Shown: positions 61,278 through 64,000 of the stretch, piece by piece
Layout: each line of letters begins with the position of its first letter
Numbering within the stretch: the first letter of the stretch is position 1
Assembly: GCF_963921235.1 (NCBI RefSeq)
Contig: NC_086097.1
Location: forward strand, 76,510,001 to 76,574,000
Origin: Mobula hypostoma
Taxonomy: Eukaryota
Direction of reading: 5' to 3'
DNA: 64,000 nt
The notes under the pieces: generated by a model
What the model saw: only the letters and a program-made list of their open reading frames with translations
Told to the model about the DNA's origin: nothing
Database searches by the model: none
Program-made: the position numbers and the translations under genes

Positions 61278-64000
61278 AGAAGCGCTTAATAGCAGTTTTG
61301 TATGACTTAATAACAAAAATACATCTAGGTACATCTGATAAAATAAAAAATGAATGGGAAAGAGAACTTCAGGTACCTTTACCTATAGAGAAATGGGAGA
61401 ACATTCTTCAACTAGTTAATACTTCCTCAATGTGTGCTAGACATACACTGATACAATTTAAAATAGTCCATAGGGCTCATATGTCTAAGGATAAACTCGC
61501 TCATTTTTACTGACATATAAATCCTGTGTGTGACAGATGTAATTCTGAGGTGGCCTCTCTGACACCTATATTTTGGTCTTGCCCTCTTTTAGATAAATAT
61601 TGGAAAGATATTTTTAATATTATTTAAACAGTTTTGCGTATTAAATTAAAACCCCGCCCTATTACTGCAATTTTTGGATTCCCAGGGACAGATGTTGGTC
61701 ACTTATCCTTTTCAGCTTGCTGTTTGATTGCATTTGTTACACTAATAACTAAAAGATCCATCTTACTTAAATGGAAAGATTCTGATCCTCCTACTAATTT
61801 TCAATGGTTTTCTCAAACTATACTATGTTTAAACCTGGAAAAAATTAGGTGTGGTATGGTTGATTCTTCAGTTAAATTTGAAGAAACCTGGAGACCATTT
61901 ATTCAACATTTTCATATGATGTAAGTTTTCCCTTTCAGAACCCTTTTGTTTATCTATAGAGGAGCGGAGTTAATGACAAATAATGTTCTTACCTGAAGGA
62001 ATACAGTTCTGTTTTGTTTTTTTTTTAGTTTAGGGGGTTCTTTATAAAATTCTTTTTCATGTTCAATTACTTAGAGATTGGGAGGCTTGAATTATATATT
62101 TTACTTGAATTATGTTTGTATATGTTAACCATTATCAATGTTATACCGATTCTCTTTGTATCATCAATATTGTTATGTATATTAATCTGAAACTTAATAA
62201 AAAGATTGAAAAAGAAGTAGCTTAGGTGGGAAGCGGTTGAAAAAACGCTGAATGGAGGATCAAATAGATCACAGGCAGGGGAGGCGGGATCTTAATGGCA
62301 ATATATATTTTGCAATGGAATGCAAGGAGTCTTATCGCAAATGGCCAAGAATTTAAGAAATCTGTATCAGCACCTAAGGAAAAACCTCAGATTCTATGTA
62401 TACAAGAAACATGGTTGAAACCACAATTAGATTTTGTTTTACAAGGATATACAGCAATTAGGCGGGATAGAAGCAATGGCAATTGGTGGAGGAGTAGCAA
62501 TATTTATAGCCAGTGGGATGAGATATAATATAGTCAACACAGGGCAGAAGTATGAATCAATAATAATCAAAATGTGGATAGGCAGAGAAAGCTTGGTAAT
62601 TATAAATCATTATAATCCATGTAAAAGACTAAGCAAAGATACACTAAACAAAGTGGGTGGTAGGATGCAAGGGAAAATAATATGGTGCGAGGATTTCAAT
62701 GGACACAGTACACTATGGGGATGTAAAAATATGGATGAAAACGGATTAGTGATAGAAGAATTTCTAGATGATGAAAAACTGGTATGTATAAATAATGGAG
62801 AAGGTGCGAGATATAATATATCCCAAAACACAGAAACTGCAATAGACTTAACATTTGTAAGTAGAGAATTAGCAAGAATCAGTACTTGGAACATAATAAA
62901 ACAAACTACAGTAGGAAGTGATCACTATCCCTTACTCACAAGGATTCAGGTTAAAATAGAACAAAATGTAGGATCCAGAGTGTCAAGGTGGAAACTAAAT
63001 GAGGCAGAGTGGGAGGTATTTCAAAAAAGAAGTGAAGTAAGATGCACAAAGATTTTAGGTGAAAATATGTCAGATATAGAGAAATGAATGATAAATTGGT
63101 CACAGCAATTACAAATTCGGCAGAAGAAACAATTCTGAAAAGTAAAGGTAGAGGAAAGAGAAAAAATGTTCCATGGTGGAATTGTGAATGTAGTAGAAGT
63201 ATAAAAGCAAGAAATAAAGCATTTAAAATGTTAAAAAGACAACATTTGGTAGAAACATTAATACAATATAAAAGAGCACAAGCAGATGTTCAGAAAACAA
63301 TCAGACAAGCAAAGCGAGCATTTTGAAGACAGTATTGTAACAAAATTGGAACAGCAACTCAACTGTCCAAAATATGGGGCATGATAAAGGAAATGAATGG
63401 TATAAGAAGTAATAAAGAGATTCCTGTGCTAAAAAGTGAGGACGAAATAGCAATTAACAATGTAGAAAAAGCAGCAATATTGGCAAAAGCTTTTGTAAAT
63501 ATACATGGCTCGGAGAATTTGATGGTTGAGGCTGGACAGCAAAGGGAGGAGAGGCTTAAGCAAAATTCAGGAATTACGGACAAAAGAGCAATATCAGAAG
63601 AAGTGCTGGATACACCTGTTAGCATTTCAGAAATAGAAAGAGCCAATATGAATGCGTGGCCAACTTCTCCTAGGAAGGATCAAGTATTGGGTATAATGCT
63701 GAAGCACTTATCAAGAAATGCACGTCTAGTTTTACAGAGACTGTTTAATAAAATATGGGATAGGTAAACTACCAACTGCATGGAAACATTCTGTTATTGT
63801 TCCAGTATTAAAACCTGGTAAAGATTCATCAGAACCAACAAATTATAGACCAATTGCACTAACTTCACAGCTAGGTAAACTTATGGAATGAATAATAACT
63901 GATAGGCTTACATACTTTCTAGAAAAAAGAAATCTTATTTCTCCCTACCAAAGCAGTTTTCGTAAAAGAAAAACTACAGTAGATTCAATACTTAGCTTGG

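Larger units (their letters stand above)
60177..62219 (+). mobile_element. 5'-truncated L1-clade LINE
   Basis: FTYLGVKIT, LSLIGRINAIKMTVLPKFL, IQFKIVHRAHMSK, CDRC...IFWSC zinc motif, tail aataaaaagattgaaaaagaa; 8 bp TSD gcttaggt (60169-60176 / 62220-62227). Confidence 0.93.
59010..64000 (+). mobile_element. Nimb/I-clade LINE copy B (ORF1 + ORF2 EN and start of RT), split by L1 and continuing past the window end
   Basis: ORF1 59307-59930 with CCHC knuckles; ORF2 MAIYILQWNARSLIANGQEFK, LCIQETWLKP, GSDHYP, KNVPWWN, PVLKPGKD..PTNYRPIALTS. Confidence 0.93.

Noticed and set aside
1..64000. Prokaryotic systems (CRISPR array, operons, retrons, defence islands)
   Set aside because: No dense intact ORFs and no regularly spaced repeat-spacer array; all RTs are eukaryotic retroelement remnants.

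Overview
This window is not prokaryotic. It is AT-rich vertebrate intronic or intergenic DNA, and most of it is decayed, nested transposable elements. The repeat mix suggests a cartilaginous fish, probably a ray; this is my inference, not a search result. The mix includes CR1, Rex1/Babar, Nimb/I, L1, Tx1 and RTE LINEs, Neptune- and Poseidon-type Penelope-like elements (PLEs), Tc1 and hAT transposons/MITEs, and CORE- and V-type SINEs. Nearly all long ORFs in the track are broken TE proteins. The only host-gene signal I can support is a phase-compatible pair of minus-strand candidate exons (37802-37929, 37555-37594) of unknown identity. Four observations stand out. (1) An internally deleted Nimb LINE carries a ~530 bp degenerate coiled-coil coding fragment in place of ORF2. 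(2) A series of fold-back PLE mini-elements have 12-14 bp TSDs and minimal hammerhead ribozyme motifs, with one intact core at 61172-61209. (3) A nearly intact RTE-type RT of invertebrate-like character is a horizontal-transfer candidate. (4) Templated inverted insertions and snap-back hairpins sit at TE junctions. Family assignments come from motif recognition by eye; TSD, TIR and hairpin coordinates were counted, other boundaries are approximate.
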